This document shows positions 1 to 8,082 of a stretch of 64,000 nucleotides of DNA, in pieces (within the stretch, counting starts at the first letter, position 1; each line of letters starts with the position of its first letter). Below the pieces are notes generated by a model. The model had not been told where the DNA came from and made no database searches. It saw only the letters and a program-made list of their open reading frames with translations. The stretch comes from a virus (Duplodnaviria; Caudoviricetes): the IMG/VR virus record IMGVR_UViG_3300029305_001557, positions 12,396-76,395 of that record; one strand, 5' to 3'. A program made the translations under genes and the position numbers.

Positions 1-344
1 ACATATTTATAGCTTCGGTTATAGCTACAGGGTTCTATAGGGACACAGCCGTTAGTTTCGATAGACACTTTGTACCCCTCACCTACAAGCTCGTAAATGA
101 CAGGGTAAACATCATCTTGAATTAAAGGCTCACCACCTGTAATACACACATAGGGGACACGGTATCTCTTTATCATCTGAATAAGGTTGCCGATAGATAC
201 CCTCTTGCGATTACAAGCTTTCTGAGGTTGGTCACAGTAGGTACATTTTACATTACACCCAAACAGTCTAACAAACACACAAGGGAGTCCTGCGTCAGTA
301 CTTTCTCCTTGTATGCTTACAAAGATTTCATCTAAGTATAACAT
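1..344 (-). CDS. queE: 7-carboxy-7-deazaguanine synthase QueE (radical SAM), partial, runs off the left edge
   Basis: Manual translation from ATG at 344 (RBS GGAGG): MLYLDEIFVSIQGESTDAGLPCVFVRLFGCNVKCTYCD...CITGGEPLIQ...IETNG. Has CxxxCxxC, GGEP and ETNG motifs. Missing from the ORF track because there is no stop in the window. Confidence 0.93.
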   Translation of the reverse strand, partial: MLYLDEIFVSIQGESTDAGLPCVFVRLFGCNVKCTYCDQPQKACNRKRVSIGNLIQMIKRYRVPYVCITGGEPLIQDDVYPVIYELVGEGYKVSIETNGCVPIEPCSYNRSYKY

Positions 345-348
345 AAAC

Positions 349-711
349 TCACCTCCTACATTCTGCAAAAGAACTTTCTGTCTCCCACAGTTTGACGGAC
401 TCTAAGGTAAGTCCCATATTAGAAAACTTATGGCTTAATTCTCTAAAAAAGCTCTGCACCATATTTTCTGCGGTAGGCTTCTTAAAGAAGTCATTGAGGT
501 ATTGGTGGTCATACCTGTTTACAATCTGCTCATTTACAACAGTCTTCAGAACTCCAAAGTCTACTATCATACCTGACATCTCATCAACAGAACCACTGAC
601 TGTTACCTGTAATTTATATGAATGACCGTGAAGTCTATTACAAGCACCCTCATAATCAGGCAAGTGATGTGCCGCTTCAAAACCAAAGCATTTAGTAACG
701 CTTACTTTCAT
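349..711 (-). CDS. queD: 6-carboxy-5,6,7,8-tetrahydropterin synthase QueD
   Basis: FEAAHHL, CNRLHGHSY, PTAEN and ETESS motifs; adjacent to queE. Confidence 0.93.
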   Translation of the reverse strand: MKVSVTKCFGFEAAHHLPDYEGACNRLHGHSYKLQVTVSGSVDEMSGMIVDFGVLKTVVNEQIVNRYDHQYLNDFFKKPTAENMVQSFFRELSHKFSNMGLTLESVKLWETESSFAECRR

Positions 712-723
712 AACAGCACCTCC

Positions 724-1011
724 TTACTGAATTACGATGTTTGCAATCATTACGGTCTTTTCTGTATCTTCGCCTTCAACAATCTCAGAAAAGCCCGGCT
801 TGATTAACAAGTCTTTGCCCTTAGTGGCAAGTGTACCCCTCGCTACTGCGATACCCTTATACATCTGATTAACAGCAGAAGCACCGACAGCACGGACTTC
901 TAAAGTGAACCCGTCTTCAATGCTCTTAACGATACTTCCGGCAAGCTGAGGAACAGGGGACTTGCCTGACACACGAATTTGCTTTACTTCTTTATTTACT
1001 GCCATTGTCAC
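724..1011 (-). CDS. spoVS: Stage V sporulation protein S-like
   Basis: RVSGKS...LAGSI...RAVGASAVNQMYKGIAVARG...PGF matches the SpoVS pattern VSAKS...AIGAGALNQAVKAVAIARG...PAF. Confidence 0.85.
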   Translation of the reverse strand: MTMAVNKEVKQIRVSGKSPVPQLAGSIVKSIEDGFTLEVRAVGASAVNQMYKGIAVARGTLATKGKDLLIKPGFSEIVEGEDTEKTVMIANIVIQ

Positions 1012-1363
1012 ACACTCCTTTCTTGTGAATAGTTAAAAGATATTGAGCCACAATTTTATCTCGTGAAACATAACCATACATACGACTGTCATAAGAATGG
1101 TCAGCATTATCGCCCTCAAAAAAGAACTTGCCTGTAATGCTACTTATCTGAGTTAGACGCTTAATAACATACTTTTCTCCCACAGGTGGAGTGTAAATAA
1201 GCACACTCCCTACTTTGTAGTCTTTAAGCAATCTACAGCCGAGAATTATGTCTCCGTCATTGAATGTGGGGTACATAGAGTCTCCGCACACTTGAATGAC
1301 AGGAAAAGCATAAATTAAAAAGGCTATAACTAAAACGAGTATTGCAAGAACAAACCACAACAT
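992..1363 (-). CDS. S26-family (signal peptidase I / SodX-like) peptidase
   Basis: N-terminal TM helix, catalytic Ser in GDSMYPT, Lys in VIKRL, and GDN..HSYDSR.YG box. Confidence 0.88.
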   Translation of the reverse strand: MLWFVLAILVLVIAFLIYAFPVIQVCGDSMYPTFNDGDIILGCRLLKDYKVGSVLIYTPPVGEKYVIKRLTQISSITGKFFFEGDNADHSYDSRMYGYVSRDKIVAQYLLTIHKKGVCDNGSK

Positions 1364-1369
1364 AACTAC

Positions 1370-1819
1370 TCACCTTCCTCTTCTCTTAATGATAGAGTCT
1401 TTCGGCACAATTCTGAAGAAATCCTCTAAAGAGAGTGCTATGTAGTCTTTGGAAGTGCCGTGCTTATGAAAGATAACACACGGTACTTTACCTTTAGGAC
1501 AATCACTCTCAGCTTGTGCAAACCAAGCAGGAAGACTCCAAGTCTTTGCGTTCTTACATTCAATGTGGAGAACTAAATCCACATTCTCATCAAGGGCTAC
1601 AATGTCACCTCTGAACTCATCGGCTTTAGTAGACTTCTTTGCAAAGCCGCCTGACTGTGGAGTACGAGTGAGTTCCTCGTCATAATGGTCTTTGAACTTT
1701 CTTGCAACTTCTCTTTCAAAGTTACTGCCTTTAGCTTTACTTCTTTTCCCGAGCTTCTTTCGTTGCTCTTTAGCTGACTCTAAGTTAGCTTCACCTTTAA
1801 CTGTTACTTTTAATGCCAC
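1370..1819 (-). CDS. Holliday junction resolvase-like PD-(D/E)XK nuclease
   Basis: SKAKGSNFEREVA...GDI...IECKN pattern. Confidence 0.8.
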   Translation of the reverse strand: MALKVTVKGEANLESAKEQRKKLGKRSKAKGSNFEREVARKFKDHYDEELTRTPQSGGFAKKSTKADEFRGDIVALDENVDLVLHIECKNAKTWSLPAWFAQAESDCPKGKVPCVIFHKHGTSKDYIALSLEDFFRIVPKDSIIKRRGR

Positions 1820-1876
1820 TGTAAAATACCTCTTTTCTTTCTCAATTTATTGTACTGCTTACCTGAGTACAGCATT

Positions 1877-1905
1877 ATTATACCACTATTCACGAAAAAA
1901 AGCAA
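1877..1905 (-). promoter_or_regulatory. sigma70/sigmaA-type promoter
   Basis: TTGCTT-17 nt-TATAAT with extended -10 TG, upstream of the resolvase..queE operon. Confidence 0.65.
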
Positions 1906-1952
1906 GAGGGAAGCAACTTCTTTTTACAGAAAGCTACTTCCCTCGTAACAAA

Positions 1953-2870
1953 TTACTTAGTTTCTTCCTGATGTCTTAAAAGTTGTTTCAGATACATAGC
2001 GTATGCCTTGTCTGCTACTACTTTCATATCAGGGTGCGGAGCACCTGTTGTACCAAGACTTCTAAGATTAAAGAAGTGGTCAAACTCTACACAATTTGCG
2101 GTCATAATAATTTCCGTCTTCAGTGCATTAGGTAGAACTGCTCTTGCTTCCTGCGGAGAACGACCTCTTGCAAGCATACGCAAGTAGCTATCCTCAACTC
2201 TGTTAAGAGACTGCTCAAAATACAGCTTACTCTCACCGTCCCACTCATCATAGAAAGCAGGTTTGATACAGGTAATCTCGCCGCCAAATTTGTCTTTACT
2301 GTAATTACAATAGCGAGTACTCTCCTGAGCATAGGACGCAGGACGATGACGGACAATTTCGTGAGTAACACCTCTATCACAAATAAAGTGGAAAGTAAAG
2401 TGTTTATGGGCTTTATAAGCGTGTTCCTGAATATCAGGAATAGTGTCAATGTCTACAAGAGTCACACTGTCCTTAATCAGCTTAATCTGAACTCCACGCT
2501 CAGTATATACCAACATCGGGTCAATATCGTATAGTACTGACAGCAATTCATCACAATCCGCTTCGTTAATAGCTCTCAGATTGGCAGATACAAGATAACG
2601 CTCTCTTCCGTCTGCAAGCTCTTCTACAGACCTATTAAAGAACTTTGCACTTCTCAGGTCACTGTACAGAGACTCCGATACTTCAAAGCAGAATACAGCG
2701 TGTTCAAGCATTGCCGTATGTCTGCGAGAGACAAGACTACTGTAAAACTTCTTAGCTGTCTCCTCGGTCATTTCGGAAGAAGACTTATAGCAGGTTCTAC
2801 CCACTTTCTCAATCTTCATAAAAGGGTCTGCAATGTCGATTAAACTTACCGAACTTTCAATTAACTTCAT
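1953..2870 (-). CDS. thyX: FAD-dependent thymidylate synthase ThyX (with duplicated N-terminal ThyX-like half)
   Basis: RGVTHEIVRHR...SYAQESTRYCNY, EARAVLPN and AHP-like APHPDM motifs; first half has RHTAMLEH. Confidence 0.93.
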   Translation of the reverse strand: MKLIESSVSLIDIADPFMKIEKVGRTCYKSSSEMTEETAKKFYSSLVSRRHTAMLEHAVFCFEVSESLYSDLRSAKFFNRSVEELADGRERYLVSANLRAINEADCDELLSVLYDIDPMLVYTERGVQIKLIKDSVTLVDIDTIPDIQEHAYKAHKHFTFHFICDRGVTHEIVRHRPASYAQESTRYCNYSKDKFGGEITCIKPAFYDEWDGESKLYFEQSLNRVEDSYLRMLARGRSPQEARAVLPNALKTEIIMTANCVEFDHFFNLRSLGTTGAPHPDMKVVADKAYAMYLKQLLRHQEETK

Positions 2871-2882
2871 AATGCTACCTCC

Positions 2883-3446
2883 TTATGCAAAACAAGTTTC
2901 ACGATAACTCTTAGACCTGACTTCTTCTTTAAGCTTTTCAAGTTCATCATAGGTTTTAGTCCTATTGAAAGGCAGGTCAATAAGCTCAGGCTTATTCTTA
3001 TGCGTCCACACAGCACTAAGCATATTCCAAATGAACGCACGATTATGGGGTTCATCAGAGTCTCCTCTGAGACACTTCAGGTAATGTCTTACACCACTGT
3101 CAATATAACAATGGAGATTTATACCTTTCTCCCAATTTCTCTCTTCATACTTCTTAGCACCGTCTTCATAATGCTTAGCTACTTCAAGAACAGCAGTACT
3201 TAAATCCATATTAAACGCTTCACAGAAATACCTAACGGCTCTCAGCAAGTCTTGGGGATTTCCAAAGCGTACATACTCATTGATTGCTAACAGTACAGAG
3301 TCTCCTTCTATTGTAGCGTCCTCATTCAGCAGAATAGCAACTGCGTCAAGAGGGAGAAGGTCACAACGACCCTTTCCTTCTTGTATGTCTCTTACTGCTC
3401 CTGACTCAAACTCTCTTCTTGCTCCACTGTCTTTTAACTCAGCCAT
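2883..3446 (-). CDS. dATP/dGTP diphosphohydrolase-like protein (DUF5664 type)
   Basis: GARREFESGAVRD...KGRCDLLP, GAKKYEERNWEKGI, YIDSGVRH, EPHNRAFIWN. Start reassigned to MAELKD. Confidence 0.75.
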   Translation of the reverse strand: MAELKDSGARREFESGAVRDIQEGKGRCDLLPLDAVAILLNEDATIEGDSVLLAINEYVRFGNPQDLLRAVRYFCEAFNMDLSTAVLEVAKHYEDGAKKYEERNWEKGINLHCYIDSGVRHYLKCLRGDSDEPHNRAFIWNMLSAVWTHKNKPELIDLPFNRTKTYDELEKLKEEVRSKSYRETCFA

Positions 3447-3801
3447 TGCTATTTCCTCCTGCTTCTTCAAAGGGTATTCCACGACCACCCTCGTAATTTA
3501 TGTGTTCAAGAATTTTCTCTTTTGTATATCGACCTTCAACAAGAAAATCAATAATCTTAAAGAGCTTATCAAAATCTCTGTCACAGCAGTCATTCCAAAG
3601 CATATAAAGCTTTGCTCCGTAGATTTCAAGGGAGTCAAATACAAGAAGATACTTGACCACATCAATGTTCTTTTCAGCTTTCTTTAGAATACCACAAACA
3701 CAGGTCATAGCACCGGGGTTGCCTTCACTAAGCTTGACAACAATGTCCTTGTTTGTATCTAAATGTGATAAACGATGAAAAGTAATTTTATAGTTATTCA
3801 T
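3439..3801 (-). CDS. hypothetical protein
   Basis: In operon; overlapping start/stop. Confidence 0.7.
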   Translation of the reverse strand: MNNYKITFHRLSHLDTNKDIVVKLSEGNPGAMTCVCGILKKAEKNIDVVKYLLVFDSLEIYGAKLYMLWNDCCDRDFDKLFKIIDFLVEGRYTKEKILEHINYEGGRGIPFEEAGGNSNG

Positions 3802-4355
3802 CAGCGTCCTCCTGTATTATATGCTCTTGACTCTTCGGCAAAATCACCTGTTCTTCGGGTCACTTCTCTACTGAGCATAAAGATAATGTCCTCGATATTA
3901 GCAATGCTGATTTCAATAAGAGCGTACTTTTTCTTCATATCCACATACTCGTGGTAGTAGGGCTTAACCTGCTCATTAGCGTTGACAAGTCTATCCTTAG
4001 CTGTCTCACTCATTTTATCAAGAGAATATTTCCTATACACAGGGTCACTCACTTCAAAATAAGCTCGTCTTGCTTCCTCAACTAAAATGTCTGCTCTTCC
4101 TAACAAGGTTCTAAGATACACTTTCTGTTGTGTAAAGGCATTAAGGTACTCACCTAAATCCTTACTCGGCACATCAGTAATCTCGGCAGGAAGTGTTAAG
4201 AAGTCTTCCGCAATGTTTAATCTTCTCTCGTCAAAAAAGATTGCACCTTTCTTTTCTAAAGAAGCTTCCATTTTTTCAAGATAGGACTGTCTAATTGCTT
4301 TAGGGTCAATCTTTTCGCTTTTAGGTTCTACCTTAGTAGGCACATTAAATTTCAC
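3801..4355 (-). CDS. hypothetical coiled-coil protein
   Basis: RBS GGAGG; in operon. Confidence 0.7.
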   Translation of the reverse strand: MKFNVPTKVEPKSEKIDPKAIRQSYLEKMEASLEKKGAIFFDERRLNIAEDFLTLPAEITDVPSKDLGEYLNAFTQQKVYLRTLLGRADILVEEARRAYFEVSDPVYRKYSLDKMSETAKDRLVNANEQVKPYYHEYVDMKKKYALIEISIANIEDIIFMLSREVTRRTGDFAEESRAYNTGGR

Positions 4356-4373
4356 TTCAAATCGACCTCCTTC

Positions 4374-5279
4374 TTAGTTCCAACACTCGATAGCATAAGG
4401 ACAGAAACGACATTCCATAGAAGACTTAGCTGTATAAGGTCGGGCAGGTACTTTTCCCTTCAGGACATACTCGTTAAGCTTTGCACAGTCCCCTAACACT
4501 TCGGTCATAACAGTCTGAGACTTTGCGTCCCGAGAGGAAACACAGTACTCTTTAAGCTCCTGATTGTCTTTATTCTCATAAAGGAAAATAACCTTAGTGA
4601 TAGGAACTTTTGTGTTCATCAAAATGGAGTCCATTTTATAGTGTAACTCACATTGAAACTGAATTTTCTCCTCACGAGTATGCTTACGACCACCTTTCAG
4701 GTGCTGATAGTGTTTTGCATACTCTTTCATAAGTTTAGCCTTATCTGCTTCAAAAGACTCAAAGTCAGGATAAAGCTCGTGCAACTCCTTGCGTCTCTCT
4801 TCGACACAATACACATAAGACAAACCTTGCTGTTTATGCTCTTCTTTTGCGTCTTTCAACTGAGAAAAACCGTTGGAGTTAATGGACTTAATTTCCAAAA
4901 TAGCTTTCTCTACTTTAGAAATTGCAAGAAGACCGTCAGTATGACCTTGAATATTGTAATACTGATTAAGCACAGGAATTTCGTCCATAAGTAACATTCC
5001 CTGCTCAGCTAAATAAGCTTGCAGTCTTTCGTGAGTTTTTGTGCCGTTATCAAAAATACGGCGAGTACGAGCGTCAATAGCATTGCTATCTCTCTCAGCC
5101 TGTGTACGAGCGTAAAAACGCTGTCTCAGGCATTTACCTATCTGTGAAGGGGCATTAACATCTATAGCTCTGTCATTGTCCTCTTCGTTAAGAGATAAAA
5201 GGTATAAGTCAAGGTCTTTGATTATGTACCCTTCTCTCTTCATTGCATTAAATACACTTTTAAGTGCCACTTTGTTCAT
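4374..5279 (-). CDS. Cas4-like PD-(D/E)XK exonuclease
   Basis: PSQIGKC, GTKTHE, GHTDGL, LEIKS and C-terminal CRFCPY...C cysteine cluster. Confidence 0.8.
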   Translation of the reverse strand: MNKVALKSVFNAMKREGYIIKDLDLYLLSLNEEDNDRAIDVNAPSQIGKCLRQRFYARTQAERDSNAIDARTRRIFDNGTKTHERLQAYLAEQGMLLMDEIPVLNQYYNIQGHTDGLLAISKVEKAILEIKSINSNGFSQLKDAKEEHKQQGLSYVYCVEERRKELHELYPDFESFEADKAKLMKEYAKHYQHLKGGRKHTREEKIQFQCELHYKMDSILMNTKVPITKVIFLYENKDNQELKEYCVSSRDAKSQTVMTEVLGDCAKLNEYVLKGKVPARPYTAKSSMECRFCPYAIECWN

Positions 5280-5502
5280 CTCCTTCTTTACAGCCTTTAA
5301 TTACTACAGGGATTGTAAACAGTATTTGTAAAACAAACATAACGATTACAACCCACTTAAACACACTCAGGGCTATTGCTTTGCTCCAAATGGAGACAAG
5401 TAAGTATACGAGTCCTGCAAACAAAGCGTCACAAATTAAGAACACAAGTAACACCATAATTGTCGTGCAGGTAATTACAAAAAGCTTCTTTAAGCTCTTC
5501 AT
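5260..5502 (-). CDS. membrane protein (two TM helices)
   Basis: Two hydrophobic stretches; start reassigned to MKSLKK after an AGGAG RBS. Confidence 0.65.
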   Translation of the reverse strand: MKSLKKLFVITCTTIMVLLVFLICDALFAGLVYLLVSIWSKAIALSVFKWVVIVMFVLQILFTIPVVIKGCKEGDEQSGT

Positions 5503-5990
5503 TGCTTCTCTCCTCCTTTCAGCATATATAAGAAATCGTCCCAATGAATGACAACAAAACAAGGTGTTTCACCTGACTTAGATTTATATGCAATCATTAA
5601 AACTCTTTCGGGACACTGAACCCTAAACGATTTTCTATCTGACCACACACAATCGGTATCAGCAGTACTGTCATAATACGACCTATAATGACGAAAATCT
5701 TTATCTTTGAACACTGCATATCTCTCTTGACCACCGTTCAGGTCAATACACATAACAGGAAGACGCAGACCGTCTCTGATAGCTTCTTTCTCTATCTTCT
5801 CCCACACTTGCATAGTCAAAGAATAAAAGCTCTTGTCAGTCGTTTTACACTCCACAAGAAGATTATCGTGACGAACATCACCTTTACTTCCCCACAAAGC
5901 TCCACTTGCTACAACAGTTCGGGCATTAAGGTCTTTTGCAACGCTCTTCTCCTGTTTCTGAGATTTCTTCTTAACTTGCATTGTCATCAC
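5499..5990 (-). CDS. PD-(D/E)XK nuclease / resolvase-like
   Basis: QEKSVAK...SGA...KGDV...LVECKTT. Confidence 0.7.
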   Translation of the reverse strand: MMTMQVKKKSQKQEKSVAKDLNARTVVASGALWGSKGDVRHDNLLVECKTTDKSFYSLTMQVWEKIEKEAIRDGLRLPVMCIDLNGGQERYAVFKDKDFRHYRSYYDSTADTDCVWSDRKSFRVQCPERVLMIAYKSKSGETPCFVVIHWDDFLYMLKGGEKQ

Positions 5991-6337
5991 CTCTTCTTGA
6001 ACAATCCTTTAACAGACTTTGTGGGGCTGTTATTAGCTCTCTTAGCAAGCTCCCATTTTGTGCAGTAAATAGAAGTCTCTGTTACAACCATATCATACTT
6101 CAAGACTTCGGGATTTTGACAAACTTCAGTTTTATCACCCACAGCTTGATAGTAATGCTCACAGTTAAAACAGGACATTGTGTATTTAGACCCTTTTTCT
6201 ACACGCTGTCTCACTTCTCTGAACCCTCTGTTGAAGATAGGACTCTTCGGGGTAGGTTCAGGCTGAGAGGGTTTTTTCAGTTTTCCGTGAGACATTCTAT
6301 TTACAATATAGTCCTCATTGTCATCAAAATAGGACAT
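5987..6337 (-). CDS. hypothetical protein, possible Zn-binding
   Basis: CFNCEHY...C...C. Confidence 0.6.
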   Translation of the reverse strand: MSYFDDNEDYIVNRMSHGKLKKPSQPEPTPKSPIFNRGFREVRQRVEKGSKYTMSCFNCEHYYQAVGDKTEVCQNPEVLKYDMVVTETSIYCTKWELAKRANNSPTKSVKGLFKKR

Positions 6338-7449
6338 CAGTTATTCTTATGCACAATAAGCTTCAGAACTTCGCTCTTTAACTTCTGCACCATTTCAGGG
6401 TCAGATTTAAGTGCATTTACAAGAGCAGTAAGACCTTGATACTTCTGACCAAAGCATACAAACCAAGAACCTGTACGCTCAATAATACCCCACTCGACAC
6501 CACACATAACAATTTCTTTCTCATTGTCATTGTAGAACACAGGAACACCTGCATTGTTATCGGCAAAGTAAAAATCAAATTCGCCTGTCTGCATACGCTT
6601 AAAGGTCTTATTCTTCTCAATCTTGAATTTTACTACTTGTCCGACAATCTCTTTGTCGTTGCCAACACCTTCAGTAATCCAATCACCTCTACGAAGTCTG
6701 ATGTCTACACTACAAGCAAAACCCTTAGCTCTCCCCCCGGGGGTGTATTCAGGGTCGCCATAAGCTCCAATCTTTTCTCTAAGCTGATTGATACCAATAA
6801 GGGTAAAAGGGGTCTTATTCTCTCGATTGAGACGGTTATTATTTGCCTGAAACTTACGGAAGAACTCTCCTAAAATCTGCTGAGGAATACCCATACGGAT
6901 AGTGTCTTCCATAGCTGTCTCTTGCTCTTTATTTGGGGACATTGCCGCAATAGAGTCAAGGACGCACAGTTGTACTTCTCCACTCTTCTGCATATCGAGA
7001 ATAAGCTGACACGCTTCTTCCATACCGTCAGGCTGAGAATAAAGCAAAGTGTTTACATCAACACCAAGAGCTTCAAGGAAAGCTTCATCGGTTGTTCCCT
7101 CAACATCAACTAAAGCACAAATATATCCTTTCTTCTGAGCTTCACGAATGATATGCAAAGCCTGTGTAGTCTTTGTAGAAGAATAAGCTCCTGACAATTC
7201 AATAAAACGACCTTCAGGAATACCTCCACCGAGAGCAAGGTCAAGAGCAATACTACCTGTACTTAAACGCTCAATGGATTTGATGTTGCCCTCTTCATCT
7301 TTCGGAACACCAAGAGTGATACAATTTGCTCCGAACTTCTTATTGAGGTCGGACATAAGCTTTTCAAGCTCTGCTGACTTCCTTGTAGGCTTTGGTGCAG
7401 GTTCAGTCTCAACAGCTACACGCTTAACTTTGTTTTTCGCAACTGCCAT
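6337..7449 (-). CDS. recA: RecA recombinase
   Basis: STGSIALDLALGGGIP.GRFIE, DSIAAM, INQLREKIG, TPGG and KNK motifs; start MAVAKN. Confidence 0.95.
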   Translation of the reverse strand: MAVAKNKVKRVAVETEPAPKPTRKSAELEKLMSDLNKKFGANCITLGVPKDEEGNIKSIERLSTGSIALDLALGGGIPEGRFIELSGAYSSTKTTQALHIIREAQKKGYICALVDVEGTTDEAFLEALGVDVNTLLYSQPDGMEEACQLILDMQKSGEVQLCVLDSIAAMSPNKEQETAMEDTIRMGIPQQILGEFFRKFQANNNRLNRENKTPFTLIGINQLREKIGAYGDPEYTPGGRAKGFACSVDIRLRRGDWITEGVGNDKEIVGQVVKFKIEKNKTFKRMQTGEFDFYFADNNAGVPVFYNDNEKEIVMCGVEWGIIERTGSWFVCFGQKYQGLTALVNALKSDPEMVQKLKSEVLKLIVHKNN

Positions 7450-7621
7450 TTGTGTCTTCCTCCCATAAATCTCTGATTTCGTAATCTCCGTCATTCTCTA
7501 ACTGATTAAGAATGGCTCGATTGTAAAAGTCGGTTAAATTTTCACCTGACTTTTTTGTATGAGCTTGTACCCTCTCAGCTAATACATTGCTCATCATAAT
7601 TGTGGTGCGTTCAAGTGCCAT
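7424..7621 (-). CDS. ribbon-helix-helix-like DNA-binding protein
   Basis: 65 aa MALERTTIMMSNVLAERVQAHTKKSGENLTDFYNRAI: beta-strand followed by two helices; RBS GGAGG; promoter flanked by palindromes. Confidence 0.6.
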   Translation of the reverse strand: MALERTTIMMSNVLAERVQAHTKKSGENLTDFYNRAILNQLENDGDYEIRDLWEEDTNGSCEKQS

Positions 7622-7647
7622 TTCATTACCTCCTATTCTTTTGCACT

Positions 7648-7699
7648 GTATGAATATCATACCACACTTTTATTTATTTGTCAAGTATGAAATTCATAC
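7648..7699 (-). promoter_or_regulatory. promoter with two palindromic operators GTATGA-N3-TCATAC
   Basis: TTGACA (7679-7684)-17 nt-TATGAT (7656-7661); palindromes at 7648-7662 and 7685-7699. Confidence 0.8.
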
Positions 7700-7737
7700 T
7701 TCTGACAAGAATAGTATAACATAAAAAGACAGGGAAG

Positions 7738-8076
7738 TCAAATCCCTGTCTTGTCTACACAATATTTAATTATCCTTGCTGTCTCTAAAGGGTCAAGCTT
7801 CTTATACTCGTCCCACGGCTCAAAGAATTGGTGCTTATCAGTAATGTCGCCCGTAATGTCAAAAATGCGATTTCCAATCTTACAAGCAAAATGATTTCCA
7901 ACTGCATAGTACATAATCTGAGAGTCGGGGAAGCGAGTATGAAGAATAAAGGCAAACCAATAGCAGTAACCATTAGTAAAAGTTCGTGTTACTTCACCTG
8001 AGTCAAAACGCTTAAAATCTCGGATAAAACGCTGAACTCCTGCGTAGGTAGGTAATTGCTTTACTTTCATACTCAC
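7738..8076 (-). CDS. hypothetical protein
   Basis: FTNGYCYWFA...HF..KIGNRIFDITG; RBS GAGG. Confidence 0.7.
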   Translation of the reverse strand: MSMKVKQLPTYAGVQRFIRDFKRFDSGEVTRTFTNGYCYWFAFILHTRFPDSQIMYYAVGNHFACKIGNRIFDITGDITDKHQFFEPWDEYKKLDPLETARIIKYCVDKTGI

Positions 8077-8082
8077 ACCTCG

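Noticed and set aside
150-180. Apparent frameshift in queE
   Set aside because: Careful re-reading shows a continuous frame (IQMIKRYRVPYVCITGGEP).
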